Positions 12,170 to 25,745 of a DNA stretch of 64,000 nucleotides are shown here, piece by piece. Position 1 is the first letter of the stretch; each line of letters opens with the position of its first letter. The DNA is taken from positions 110,300,001 to 110,364,000 of the forward strand of contig NC_086097.1 of assembly GCF_963921235.1 (NCBI RefSeq), written 5' to 3'. Made by a program: the position numbers and the translations under genes. The stretch is from Mobula hypostoma. Taxonomy: Eukaryota. The notes under the pieces are model-generated. The model ran no database searches. It saw only the letters and a list, made by a program, of their open reading frames with translations, and had not been told where the DNA came from.

Positions 12170-13060
12170 GCAGCGGTGAGCTGGATATATAGAACAGTGA
12201 AAAGAATATTGGGTATGCTTGCCTTCATAACCCAAGTCATTGATATTGTGTTGCAGATGGACAAAACATTGGTTAGACAGCACAGGGTTATTATGCATTG
12301 TCTGGTCATCACACTATATGGTAGCAACAGAATACAGAAGAGGATCACTGGGATGCTGCTAAGAATTGAGTGCTGTAATAATAAGGAGGGATGCAATAGG
12401 CTGGGATTATCCTCAGAGAACAGAGGGGTGGCCTTATAGAAACATAAAATAATGTGTGGCATAGATTTACTTATTAATTACTAGAGGTACAGTGTGGAAC
12501 AAGCCACAGCATCCACCTACTTATAACTAGCTTAATCATACGACAATTTACAGAGCCCAATTAACCTATTAACTGGTACATCTTTGGACTGTGGGAGGAA
12601 TCCAGAGCACCTGAAGGAAACCCAGGCAGTTCACGGGGAGAACATACAAATACCTTACAGAGGGTGCCAGAATTGAACTCTGAATTCCGCAACCCCCCGA
12701 GCTGTAATGGCAGCACGCTAACCACCATGCACCCAGGGCACTCAATGGTCAGAATCTTTTCCCAAAGACAGAGCGAGCAGGTTTAAGATGAGGGGAGAGA
12801 ATTTTAAAAGAGATCTACAAGAAATGTTTTCACACAGAGTGATGATTATCTAGATCGAGCTGCCAGAGCAGGTGGCAGAGGCAGAGTCAGTTAAAGTTTT
12901 TATAAAACATTTGGACAAGTACTTAGACAAGAAGGGTGTTGAGAAATACAGGCTTAGTGCAGGCAAATAGGAGTAGCACAGGTAGACATCATGATCAACA
13001 TGGATGGTGAACCATAAAGGCCCATTTCTGTGCCGTAGGATTCTATGATTCTATTCTATC
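12170..13060 (+). mobile_element. Old CR1 3' fragment interrupted by a SINE
   Basis: Decayed ORF2 C-terminus (LGMLAFI, KTLVRQH) and a ttctatgattcta tail. Confidence 0.65.
12470..12735 (-). mobile_element. HE1-like tRNA-derived V-SINE
   Basis: Contains the V-SINE central domain (tttggactgtgggagga.ccagagcacc.gaaggaaaccca) with a tRNA-like head at the right end. Similar to 39590-39842. Confidence 0.7.
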
Positions 13061-13431
13061 AGGGGTAACCCATCCAGTTGACATACGTCCCACCTTTCCT
13101 AAAAGCAGCCCCAATGTTCCATAAATCTATTCTACTGCACCACCTTCTCAGACATGCATTCATTTGATCTTTCCTCCTAACTCTTTAAATTCATGTTGAG
13201 GATTCCTTCCCCTTTGGTACTGACATGTACTTGACCACTGGCATTGCATCCTTGCGCTACAAAATAACCTGCAGCCACTCTGCAACATCCTCGACTTTGG
13301 CACCAGGTAGAGTGCATGTATATGTTGCAGAGGGTAAAGGGAGCTGCGGATGTTACTGAGGCAGCAATTTACAATTCCCTCACCTATCGCTTTGACTGTA
13401 CTCGTGATTCTTGACCCTTCCTGTGCAACAA

Positions 13432-13735
13432 AGCCACAAGAGAGTCTGCAGGTTCTAGAAATCCAAAGCAACACACACAACATCTGTAGGAACTCAGTAG
13501 GTCAGGCATCTTCTATGTAAGTCGAAATTTCAGGCGTCTTCAGGACAGAAAACTAAGGGGATGGTGCCAGAATAAGAAATATGGGGGAAGGGGAAGGAGG
13601 ATAACCAGAAGGTAATAGGTGAAGATAGGCCGGTGGGAAAGATAAAGGGCTGGAGAAGAAGAAATCTGATAGGAGAGGAGAGGGGATCATAGTAGAAATG
13701 GAAGGTGGAGGGGCACTGGGGAGAACTGATAAGCA
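13432..13735 (-). mobile_element. Degenerate Penelope-like terminal fragment
   Basis: tctgcaggttctagaaatccaaagcaacacacacaa terminus followed by a purine-rich 3'UTR, as in 16080-16620. Confidence 0.6.
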
Positions 13736-15870
13736 ATTAAAATGGCAGACGAACTGAATAAATATTTTGTAACAGTCTTCACTGTGGAAGACAATAGCAG
13801 GGCCTGTTACGATCTAACCAGGTTATTAGGAGAGACAAGAGAGGGGATTGCCTTGACAGAGATCCTTGGACATACTAGGGTCAGTATAACACCATGAGGG
13901 GCGTGTCATATGCATGTGGTGAAGATGATTGATGAGGGCAAAGGAGTGGGCGTTATCTATTTTGACTGCCTTAAGACATTTAGTGCCTGACAAATGTGTT
14001 AGAATTTTTTGAGGAAATTGCAGACAAAGGAGAGTTAATGGATGTTGTTTACTTGGATTTTCAGAAGGCCTTTAACAAGGGGTCATGGTATTTAAATCGA
14101 AACAAGATTAAAGCCCATGGTATTACAGGAAATATACTAGCCTGGATAGAAGATTGGCCGACTAGGAGGGGGCAAAAAATGGGAATAAAGGGATTTTTAC
14201 TGATTGGATGCTGGTTACTAGTGGTGTTCCACAGGAGTCAGTGTTGGGACCACTTCTTTTCATTTATGTGTTAATGATTTGGATGTCAGAATTGATAGGT
14301 TTCTGGCCAAGTTTATGGATGACACAAAGATAGGTGGAGAGGCAGGTAGTGTTGAGGAAGCAGGGATTCTGCAGAAGGATTTAGACAGATTGGGAGAATG
14401 GGCAAGGAAGTGGCAGATGGAATACAGTTTCCGGAAGTGTATAGTCATGCACTTTGGTAGAAGGAATAAAGGCATCAACTATTGAGCAAGTTCAGAAATC
14501 AGAGCTGCAAAGGAACTTCAAAGTCCTCGTGCAGGATTCCCTAAAGTTTAACTCGCAGGTTGAGTTGGTGGTAAGGAAGGAAAATACAATGTTAGCATTC
14601 ATTTTGAGAGGATTAGAAGGTAAAAGCAAGGATGTAATGCTGAGGCTTTATAAGGCATTGGTCAGTCAGCACTTGGACTTTTGTGAGTAGCATTGGGCCC
14701 CTTATCTAAGAAAGGATGTGCTGGCATTGGAGAGAGTCCAGAGGAGGTTCATGAAAATGATCCTGGGAATGAAATGTTTAACATATGAGGATTGTTAGAT
14801 GGCTCTGGGCCTGCACTCACTAGAGTTTAGAAGAATGTGAGGGATCTTTTTGAAACCTATCAAATATTGAAAGACTAGATAGAGTGAACATGGAGAGGAT
14901 ATTTCTCTTCGTGGGGGAGTCCAGGTCCAAGGATACAGCCTCAAAACAGAGGAATGTCCTTTAGAATGGAGATGAAGAATTTCTTTAACCAGAGGGTGGT
15001 GAATCTGTGGAATTCATTTACTGTGGAGGCCAAGTCATTGGGCATATGTAAAGTGGAGGTTGATAGGTTACTGATCAGTAAAGGCATGAAAGGTTACAGG
15101 AAGAAGGCAAGAGAATGAGAGGGATGATAAGTCTTCCAAGGTGGAATGGCAGAGAAAACTCAATGGGCCAAATGGCCTAATTCTACTCCTACATCTTATG
15201 TCATTTGACAAAGTCCCCCATGGTAGGATGATCCAGAAGATTCAGTCACATTGGATCCATGCCAACTTCAAATTCAGCTTGGCCAGAGAAGAGACAAGGT
15301 AGTGCTGGAGGCGTGTTTCTCTGACCAGAGGTCATTGATCTGTGATGTATAGCAGGGATTAGTGCTGGGACCTGGGCTGTTTGTGATATACTGGATATAA
15401 GTGATACGGACAAAAACGTAGATGTGCCGATTTGTAATTTTTCCGATAACACCACAATTAATATAGCTGTGGATACTGGAGATAGTTGTTACAGGATATT
15501 GTAGGAGGGATATGAGCTGGAGATAAAGGTAGACAAATTTCATGTGAAGTATCATCTGGACAAGAGTGAGATGTTGTATTCTGGAAGGTCAAATGCAAGG
15601 GGAAGGAATACAGTAAATAATAGGACCACGAGGAGCATGGATGAGCAGTGGAATCTTGGGGTGCAAGTTCATGACTCCCTGAAAGTGACAACACTGTGCA
15701 GAGAGGATGGTTGCCATCTTTGATCAGAATGCTGAGTACAGAAGCCAGAAAGACATGCTGCAGTGGTATAAGACTTTGGTTCGGCCACATTTAGAGTATT
15801 GTGTACAGTTCTGGTGCATTACAGGAAGGTTACGGAGGAATTGGAGAGGGTGCAGAAGAGTTTCAGCAGA
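13736..15870 (+). mobile_element. CR1 LINE RT/3' fragments (at least two copies)
   Basis: ORFs 13996-14274 (DVVYLDFQKAF), 14279-14485 (AKFMDDTKIGG) and 15707-15988 (YKTLVRPHLEYCVQFW). Confidence 0.85.
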
Positions 15871-16079
15871 ATATTTAAAGTTCAAGTTCAGGTTTAATGG
15901 CATCCATCTGTACATACGTACAGCTAAACAAAACAGTGTATATGGTAAATGGTACACAGACTGTGGTAGGGGTAGACAGCAGGAGTAGGGGCAGGAGTTG
16001 GTGGAATGTAAGGTAAGAGTTAAATGTGATTCCTCCTTGGTATATGCTAAAATAAAATGGATATCTGTAAGACAAAATG

Positions 16080-16620
16080 GCAAACAAAAGAAATTCTGCA
16101 GATGCTGGAAATCCAAAGCAACACACACAAAATGCAGGAGGAACTCAGCAGATCAGGTAGCATCCATGGAAATGAACAGACAGTCCGTGCTTCGGGCCAA
16201 AATCCTTCTTCAGGACTGGAAAGGAAGGGGGAAGATACTGGAATAAAAAGATGGGGGCAGGGGAAGGAAGATAGCTCGAAGGTGATAGGTGAAACCATGC
16301 TGGTAGGAAAGGTAAGGGGCTGGAGAGGAAGGAATCTGATAGGAGAGGAGAGTGGACCATTGGAGAAAGGAAAGGAGGAGGGGCACCTGGAGGAGGTAAT
16401 AGGCAGGGGAGAAGAGGAAAGAGGCCAAAGAGAGGAGGAGAAAGGAATTTTTTTGTTCTGGAAGGAGAAATCAAAATTTATGTCAACAGGTTGGAGGCTA
16501 CCCAGATGGAATATAAGGTGTTGCTCCTCCACCCTGGGGTGGCTTCGTTGTGGCACAAGAGGAGGCCAGGAACCAGAATTTGAATGTTTGGCCACTGGAA
16601 AGTTCTGCTTTTGATTGATG
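16080..16620 (-). mobile_element. Older Penelope-like 3' fragment with degenerate hammerhead
   Basis: ORF 16047-16595 contains EEQHLIFHLGSLQP. 16182-16217 (minus) reads AGUC-CUGAAGA-AGG...CCC-GAAGC-ACG-GACU. Confidence 0.75.
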
Positions 16621-17744
16621 GAGAAGAGGTGCTAATCGGGAGTGAGATTGTTCTGTATAAATACAAGAGAATCAGTCCACAGCAATGCTTTGAGAAAGTT
16701 AAGGGAGTACAAGTCAATGGCCTTAACAGTGGAAAATGGTCAAAAACATATTTGTCTGGGGAAGGTAGATCATTGTGCAGGTCCAGGTACCAAATACATG
16801 GAAATACATGGGAATTCATGAGAAAGTACTGAGGTGATGATTATGTTATGCCTTGAAGGAATCTTAAAGGGTATAAAATAGGGCACTTCTCTGAGCAAGG
16901 GGAGAGCTTTGTCTTAGGCAAGGTCATGATTGGTGCTGGTGCTAAGAGTTGAAAAAGATATGGACAAGTACGTAGAGAGGATGAGAGAGAGAAACGGCTG
17001 CATGATAGTTTGTCGGCATTCCACAGTTCAGCTCGTTTATTGGACGATAAGTATTATTTTGCTTTCTGCATTACTACTAATGTTGTAGACAATTGTTTTT
17101 CTTTCTGTATGGCATTTGTGCACCTTCTAATGAAGTATTTTCTTGTGGCCTTGAATACTTATGCAGTGTCTCCCTTTGTTTCCAAATGCATGTTCGAATG
17201 TCCTGAGCTAAATCAGAGAGGAACACAGAACAAATTTTTATATGTTTTCATTACATGGAAGCCGACACAATAGTGACAGGACACACTTAAACAGGCAGGG
17301 AACGGAAGGTTATTAACATGTGCAGGGAGATGGGATTAATTTAATTTGGCATTATGTTGTGCTGGGCATGGGGCTAGCAACCCCATCCTGTAGAAACCCA
17401 GAGCAACAGAAACATCAACAAAAGCTCTAAAGATCTCAGCCCTGGGAGAGGAAGCATCTTCACCTGGAAAACATGTGAAGTCATGTGCTGAAAGCAGAAG
17501 CCGCAGGAACTATCAACCTTCTATTGACCCAGGACAGAGGGCTCTGGTGAGTTGCTGGTGGTGGCCTATGCCACAGTAGGAGTAATGGGCTTAAGGAGAT
17601 CATGTTCTGCATAGGCATTGTGGGCCAAAAGGCCTTTTCCTGTGTGTTATTCTTCTATGTTCTATATAAGCCGAAACTGTAGTCATTCTACACTCACACT
17701 TTCTGCATGATGGAAGGTAGCTTACAAGCAAGCAGACATTTTAA

Positions 17745-20700
17745 TACCAAAATAAACTTTATTCATATATAAAAATATTTACAAGAATAAACTGTGCAAT
17801 GCCTTTTTATTCTTAAATTCATCGACAATGCCTTCAATACTTTTCGATTGCATTCCTACACCAATAGCTCTGCAGACACTCATGTGGCCCTCTGGGGAGG
17901 TACAATAATTGAAAGACTTCAGCCAACCTTCACCCAACATCTCCGTGTGTTTCTCTGGGAACAGTCCGTAAACCAGACAGTACTCTGTCACACAGCTGTT
18001 TGGGATGAACCATAACACAGGCCCTTGCATCTTTCTCCATACCTCTTCACAAACCCACAGTCCACAAAGAGGTGAGCAACATCTTATCTACTTTACAGTG
18101 ATCCCCTGGGCAGTGCAAAGTGGGGGTTATGATCTGAGCATGCAGGAAAGATCAGACTGGAAGGGCTCTTCTCAACACAAGCCAGGCAGGGTCTTGGTGC
18201 CTTTGGATGACGTCTGGCATCGATGCATTCTGACAGGTGGTATGTACAGTTCGCTCAGGGAGCAAACCCACTGTGTCTAACAAGGACATTCCATGCTGAC
18301 CACGGCCTGATGGACTTTTGGTCAACGGTGTTGGTCCAGAAGAACTATTCCATGAAGTACAGGTCTACGCCCAGTTGACTGGAGCATTGCATAGCAACAT
18401 CTAGCTTACTGGGCTATTGCACAGCAATGGGGCCAGACCCATCCTTTGCAAAACCAGGGTCAGATAGAACTTCAGCACATAGTTGTACTTGGTGCTCACA
18501 TACTTAGATGCTCGCATACACAGCCTGATGGAGCTGGACATCAGGGTGGGGGAAACTTTGGGTACATTTTTGTCCCTGTTGTCCACGGACATGCATTGTG
18601 ACCTGTCTGGCCCACTCCCCAGATGAACCTAAAGACAGCCTGGGTGATTCTCAAGCTGGAGGAGCGGGGGATGGACCACAGCTATCCCAAGTACAGCAGC
18701 TCTGAGAGCATCTCACACTTTATGACCAGGTTCTTCCCAGTTATCAATAGGGAGTGTTCTCCCCACAGACCAAATATCTGTATTACCTTCCCAATCCACT
18801 CTAGCCAATCCTTGTTGGACACTCGGCCATCCAGACCAGATCTCCAATACTTTTAGGTATTCAGACCTGAAGGTGAAAGAGACACTGAACCGTTCAGGCC
18901 AGTTGCTGAAAGTCATGGCCTCACTCTCTGCGAGGTCATCTCTGGCCCATGATGCCAACTCAAACTGTTTGCAAATGCTGGTCAACCTGTGAACAGACCT
19001 CAGATCCAAGCAGAAGATAGTGATATTGTCCATATACAGGGAGGTTTTCACTTGTGTCCCTCACTGCCCAGCAACGCCACCCCTCTATGCTCTTGCCCTT
19101 TCTGATGGCTTTGGCGAAGGGTTGTTTACAGCACACAAACAAGGCAGCAGAGAGTGGGCAACCCTGCCTGACTCCAGACTTGATGGAGAAGCTATCAATT
19201 TCCCACCCATTGATTTCATCTGGACTACAGATATCTGTGTAGACCAGTTGGATCCAATTCCTGACTTCCTCCCCAAACCCCATTTTGCAAAGTATATCCA
19301 TCATATTGATGTGTGATATCCTATCAAAGGCTTTGTCCTGGTCCAAGCTAACCAGGCAGTGTCCACACCTATGTCCTGCATGGAAGCAATGGTAACTATG
19401 AGCCATACAAGACCATCAACAATCTTCCTGCCAGGTACAGCACAGGTTTGGTCCAGGTGGATCACTTGTCCCAGAACATACCTGACCCTATTAGCAATGC
19501 TTTTGGCCAAGATCTTATAGTCTACATTCAACTGTGAAATGGGTCTTCAATTCCATACCTTCCCTCTCCCCCTTCTGCTTATAGATGAGGATAATGATGC
19601 CTTTCGCTATGGAGTCTGACATGCTGCCAAATATATAACCACATAACAATTACAGCATGGAAACAGGCCATCTCGGCCCTTCTTGTCCATGCTGAATGCT
19701 TACTCTCACCTAGTCCCACCGACATTGCACATTTTGAGCATGTCTGGGCCCATCCAGTCCCACAGAGCAGAGTACAACTCAGCTGGGAAGCCGTCACTTC
19801 CAGGAAATGAGTGGAGCCAGTCAGCTGCTCCAGGGTTAATGCTTGTTCTAGACTCTCCTGCTTGCTGTCATCTTAACACCTCTGTGACCGACAGCAGGAA
19901 GGTCTGGAAGGCTGTGGTGTCTGCGGCCTTTCTGTTATACATTCTGGTGTGGAAGGACCTGCAGATCCTCAGCGTGTCTCTCTGTGAGGATGCCATGGAG
20001 CTGTCCTCTTCTGTACGATGGTGAATCACAGAGCTCCCCTGTGAACCATTTGGAAGAAGAAAGATCTCATTCTATTTCATGGTGCAGACCCTGGATGGGA
20101 AGATGATCTCAGACAATTCAGAGGTGAAGAGCTGTGCTTGCCAGCATTTCACCTCTCATAATTCCTCTTCCTCATCCACCCCCTTCAAATGCAGAAGGAG
20201 AAGTTGCTGCACAGTTAACACAGTTCCTACTCACCCTGCCTTGCTTTCTGAAACCCGGTGCAGATGAAAAGCCTCTTGATGTTCTCCTTGGTCACTTCCT
20301 ACCAGCCAACAGGGGAATCAAAGAGGAGTTTTTAGGTTTTCCAACCTGCGTACTCCCTCTCTAGTTCCTCAAAGTTCTCTGGAATCACCAGCTTGATGTT
20401 CAGATTCTGCATCCCCCGCCTGCCTTTTGGTCCTCCTATAGGCAGCAGGAGGCTTGGACGATGCAGTGGTCAGAGGAGAACACCAGGTGACGTCTACGGA
20501 TCTGACCATGATGGCTCAGACACAAACAGGAGGTCAATCCGGGAGCGATCGTGAGCAGGTGGGTTGTGGCTGTGCTGTAGGCATTCTGTAGCTTAGCTAT
20601 TTTAACCATTTCCATCAGGAATCTGGAGGAGCTGCCCAATTTGCAGTCTGCACTATCGGATTGTCCAGCCACATCAATGATGCAGTTGAAGTCATCGGCC

Positions 20701-21520
20701 AGAACAACCATCTGGGTCATCGACAGCAGCGACAAGAGCTGCTGGAGGATGGTCAGCCACTTGCTCTGCATGGGTGAGGTGTGAACATTAATTAGCTGGA
20801 GTAAGGTGTTTTGGTCCATTACATCTGCCACAGGGAGGCACCTCCCAGCCACCTCTCTGACCTGGATGTTTGAGGAGTTGCAGAATCTCCAAGCCGGAAC
20901 CGAGACAATCATTGACCCCCGACCACACAGACAAACCAGGGGACTATCATTGCAACCACTTCCAGTAGTTGTGAAAGTGTAGTAGCCTGCACGCCTGTAA
21001 GAAAGTCTCAACAGCCTTGACCTAGGCAAGATATTGCTAGGCATTGGCACATCGCACTGTGCTCTTCACACTGTGAATGTTTAAAGATGCCAGTTTTATG
21101 TCCATGACTGTGTTCTGGAGTCACTGCCTCACTGTTTGTGAGCTCAGGTACAGAGGATGGTCCTACCCCCTGGGTGTGGCGATGCTGGTGGTGTGCCTGG
21201 GGGAAGGCTGGTCACTTACAGGCACAACATCCTCCAACATCCTGCACTGGTCAACGTGCCTCTCTGTGCTGTGGTGCACTGGACACAAACTCCCAGAGCT
21301 GGGGGCCAATAGCTTCTGTACAATTCTTAGTTTCCCAGAGCTGGTATGTATTGGGGGCTGTGCCGCTCCCAGTCTCCTGAACCTGTGAGCTTATAGCCTC
21401 TGTGCTGCCCCCGGTTCCCCTCACTGAGATCTTTCAATGCCACCCTGACAGTGTTTCAGATCCCAGGTCCTCCCATCGATGTGCTTGCATATGCAGCTAT
21501 TCTGACTGAGTGTTAATTCC
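17745..21520 (-). mobile_element. Decayed L1/Tx1-clade LINE
   Basis: EN remnant 20436-21050 (LINVH, DFNCI) and RT remnants 19301-19531 (NVDYKILAK), 18960-19406 (SLDQDKAFDRISH, GVRQGCPLS) and 18713-19051 (LYMDNI). AATAAA lies near the 3' end at about 17760. Confidence 0.85.
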
Positions 21521-23036
21521 TGGAAAGGGGTGGGTAACAGACTGGATTTCCAATCAGTATGAGGATTCACCCTTACATCAGCAAGTTAAACTCTTACTGG
21601 CGACACTTAATCGCGACGAGTCCTTCTTCAATTCTCCTTGTCAGCATCCATAGAGGTCCAGCACAATACTACACTTGATCTTATCAATTCACTTGATACT
21701 TAACCAATTTCCCTCGGGATCGATAAAGTATGACCATGACTATGACTATGACTAGGACTAAAGGCCAAGGAGAGCCTTTCTGATCACAGTCCCTCCTCAT
21801 AAATCAAGAAAGCTGGTAAGACTAAACCTTCTCATCCTTTAACTTTGACTCACTGAAGTTCATTTGAACCTAATGAAATGCCATCAGGGAATCCAGAACA
21901 TGGTGAATAAATTGCACTGCTCTTTTGACATTTAGAATTAAGTGATTTTAAGTGTAGGTTAAAAGCAATGCGTAAAAGTCGATGTGTTTATTTTTATGAA
22001 AATAAGCTCAAATCGTGAACTGTGCTTCAAGTTATGCAAAATAAGTGTGCAAAGACCTTTGGTTTATTGGCTTTTTTACATAAAAGCAGTAGGCTAATCA
22101 GCAGTCACATCCTCTTTGAAGATTTGGCACTACAGGCGTTCTGCTATAAAATGTAGAACTGAAGTGTAAAACCTTGTTGTTTGAAAGGGTACAGAGATGG
22201 CAGATAGTTCAGCAATTTATTTACAAGCTTATGCAGAGAACACTAGTGTGTGTGCTGTACAGTAATGATTCTAACCAGCAGCCCTTTCTCCATGGCTGAC
22301 AGATGGCTGAGAGTATACTATAAAAGGATGTAATTTTAGGGAGTTTTGTGTATTGGTGGACATAACTGTGAACTAGGCTGGCTAACTCTAATTACAGAAA
22401 TATCCTACCAAATATCAGGGCTAGAATGTGTACAATATTACAAACAAATGACAGGAAAACTTGCGGAATGACAAAATTAAATGGTAAATGAAGTTTAACG
22501 CATAAATTCAATGTTGTTTATTTTGATAGGAACATTGGAGGTGTAAGACTAATTTGGCTAAAGCACCTATCGGGTCACAGAATATAAACACGTCTAACTC
22601 TGAAACCTGAGCCAGGGGTTATACAGGCTAATGGCAGCAAACCAAACTTCAGTGCACATTTCTTGAGTGGGAATTAAAAGGTAGAGAAGACATATAGATT
22701 GTTGATTGGACTACAGAGAGTACCAGGGTTCTGGTAGCCATACTATAAAGGAGTCTCCTGACAATAGGCAACAAATTGATTGCTTTCACCCAGGCTACAC
22801 AGTCAAACTGCAATAAAAGCCTGCAGGCCTAATCCACAACCAACAACCAACTCCAACAATACAGCAACCTGCTTCCAGATGGCTACAGCTTTCTATTCAC
22901 ATAGAAAAACGATCGGCTGCTGGCTGAGGGGAGTCTGCTGAAATCCCTCTCTTCCTTCAGGATAGTACTCTGTAAAGCAGAGCTTGACTGGATTCACATG
23001 CAAATCCACAAGAGGATGAAAAATTTGGATAGCATT

Positions 23037-23188
23037 TAGAACATAGAACATAGAAACATAGAAACATAGAAAATAGGTGCAGGAGTAGAACATAGAACAG
23101 AATAGCACAGTACAGGCCCTTCGGCCCACAGTGTAGTGCCGACCCTTAAACCCTGCCTTACATATAACCCCCCACCTTAAATTTCTCC
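23037..23188 (-). mobile_element. Short CR1 3'-end fragments
   Basis: (agaacat/agaaacat)n tails plus CR1 3'UTR sequence; it splits the env-like frame. Confidence 0.7.
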
Positions 23189-23270
23189 ATAATAGAGGAA
23201 AATGTGCTTCCGTGGAAAATGAAACCTGCTCCATCAGCCACTGTCATGTAGGCGGAAGTAAATGCTGATG

Positions 23271-25375
23271 TAGAAACATAGAAACATAGAAAATAGGTGC
23301 AGGAGTAGGCCATTCGGCCCTTCGAGCCTGCACCACCATTCAGTATGATCATGGATGATCATTCAACTCAGAACCCTGTACCAGCCTTCTCTCCATACCC
23401 CCTGATCCCTTTAGCAACAAGGGCCATATCTAACTCCCTCTTAAATATAGCCAATGAACTGGCCTCAACTGTTTCCTGTGGCAGAGAATTCCACAGATTC
23501 ACCACTCTCTGTGTGAAGAAGTTTTTCCTAATCTCGGTCCTAAAAGGCTTCCCCTCTATCCTCAAACTGTGGCCCCTCGTTCTGGACTTCCCCAACATCG
23601 GGAACAATCTTCCTGCATCTAGCCTGTCCAAACCCTTTAAGATTTTATGTTTCAATAAGATGCCCCTCAATCTTCTAAATTCCAGTGAGTATAAGCCTAG
23701 TCGATCCAGTCTTTCCTCATATGAAAGTCCTGCCATCCCAAGAATCAATCTGGTGAACCATCTTTGTACTCCCTCTATGGCAAGAATGTCTTTCCTCAGA
23801 TTAGGGGACCAAAACTGCACACAATACTCCAGGTGTGGTCTCACCAAGGCCTTGTACAACTGCAGTAGAACCTCCCTGCTCCTATACTCGAATCCTCTTG
23901 CTATGAATGACAGCATACCATTCACCTTTTTCACCGCCTGCTGTACCTGCATGCCCACTTTCAATGACTGGTGTATAATGACACCCAGGTCTCGTTGCAC
24001 CTCCCCTTTTCCTTGTCGGCCACCATTCAGATAATAATCTGTTTTCCTGTTCTTGCCACCAAAGTGGATAACCTCACATTTATTCACATTAAATTGCATC
24101 TGCCATGAATTTGCCCACTCACCTAACCTATCCAAGTCACCCTGCATCCTCTTAGCATCCTCCTCACAGCTAACACTGCCACCCAGCTTCGCGTCATCTG
24201 CAAACTTGGAGATGCTGCATTTAATTCCCTCATCTAAGTCATTAATATATATTTTAAACAACTGGGGTCCCAGCACTGAGCCTTGCAGTACCCCACTAGT
24301 CACTGCCTGCCATTCTGAAAAGGTCCCGTTCATTCCCACTCTTTGCTTCCTGTCTGCCAACCAATTCTCTATCCACATCAATACCTTACCCCCAATACCG
24401 TGTGCTTTAAGTTTGCACACTAATCTCCTGTGTGGGACCTTGTCAAAAGCCTTTTGAAAATCCAAATATCACATCCACTGGGTCTCCCCTATCCACTCTA
24501 CTAGTTACATCCTCAAGAAATTCTATGAGATTCGTCAGACATGATTTTCCTTTCACAAATCCATGCTGACTTTGATGATTTCACTGCTTTCCAAATGTGC
24601 TGTTATCACATCTTTGATAACTGACTCTAGCACTTACCCCTCCACCATGTCAGGCTAACCGGTCTATAATTCCCCAGTTTCTCTCTCACTTCTTTTTTAA
24701 AAAGCAGGGTTACATTAGCCACCCTCCAATCCTCAGGAACTAATCCAGAATCCAAAAAGTTCTGAAAAATTATCACTAATGCATCCACTATTTCTTGGGC
24801 TACTTCCTTAAGCACTCTGGGATGCAGACCATCTGGCCCTGGGGATTTATCTACCTTTAATCCCTTCAATTTACCTAACACCACTTCCCTACTAACATGT
24901 ATTTCCCTCAGTTCCTCCATCTCACTGGACCCTCAGTCCCCTACTATTTCCAGAAGATTATTTATGTCCTCCTTAGTGAAGACAGAACCAAAGTAGTTAT
25001 TCAATTGGTCTGCCATGTCCTTGTTCCCCATGATCAATTCACCTATTTCTGATTGTAAGGGACCTACATTTGCCTTAACCAATCTTTTTCTTTTCACATA
25101 TCTATAAAAGCTTTTACAGTCAGTTTTTATTTTCCCTGCTTGCTTTCTCTCATAATCTTTTTTCCCCTTCCTAATTAAGCCCTTTGTCCTCCTCTGCTGG
25201 ACTCTGAATTTCTCCCAGTCCTCAGGTATGCTGCTTTTTCTGGCTAATTTGTATGTTTCTTCTTTGGAATTGATACTGTCCCGAATTTCCCTTGTCAGCC
25301 ATGGGTGCACTACCTTCCCTGGTTTATTCTTTTGTCAAACTGGGATGAACAATTGTTGTAGTTCATCCATGCGAT
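23271..25375 (-). mobile_element. Young 5'-truncated CR1 LINE
   Basis: ORF 23368-24465 (365 aa: DFQKAFDKVPH, QGSVLGP, KFADD, RPHLEYCVQFW), plus ORFs 24627-24920 and 24933-25310. Has an (agaaacat)n tail. Confidence 0.95.
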
Positions 25376-25745
25376 CTGGAAATGATGTGCTCCTGACTCT
25401 CTGTGGGCAGCTGCATAGTCAGAGAGGCCCAGCACTCTTTGCCAATGCCTTGCAGTCCACTTGGCAGGTAGGATGATGTACAAGGCATTTCTTCCTGCAT
25501 CTCCATCAGCCACCTTTGTGTCACCCAGTTGAATCCTCATCTTGGTGCTCCAGGGCAATACCGATGTTCAATCTCTCCTGTGATAAATTGGTACAGTGCC
25601 CTCCCTTTAATTCCAATCTATCTGGTCCCTTTCCAATATGTGAAATGTGTACGTCTGTCTTATGTGACCTCTTCAGGTCCTGGCACAATAAAGCAGTCTT
25701 TTCCTTCTCTGCAGTGTTCTTTGTTCTTGTGTAGGAAGAATAGAT

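Noticed and set aside
23345..24034. 229-aa + strand ORF and similar antisense ORFs over LINEs and PLEs
   Set aside because: These are shadow frames opposite retrotransposon coding sequence.
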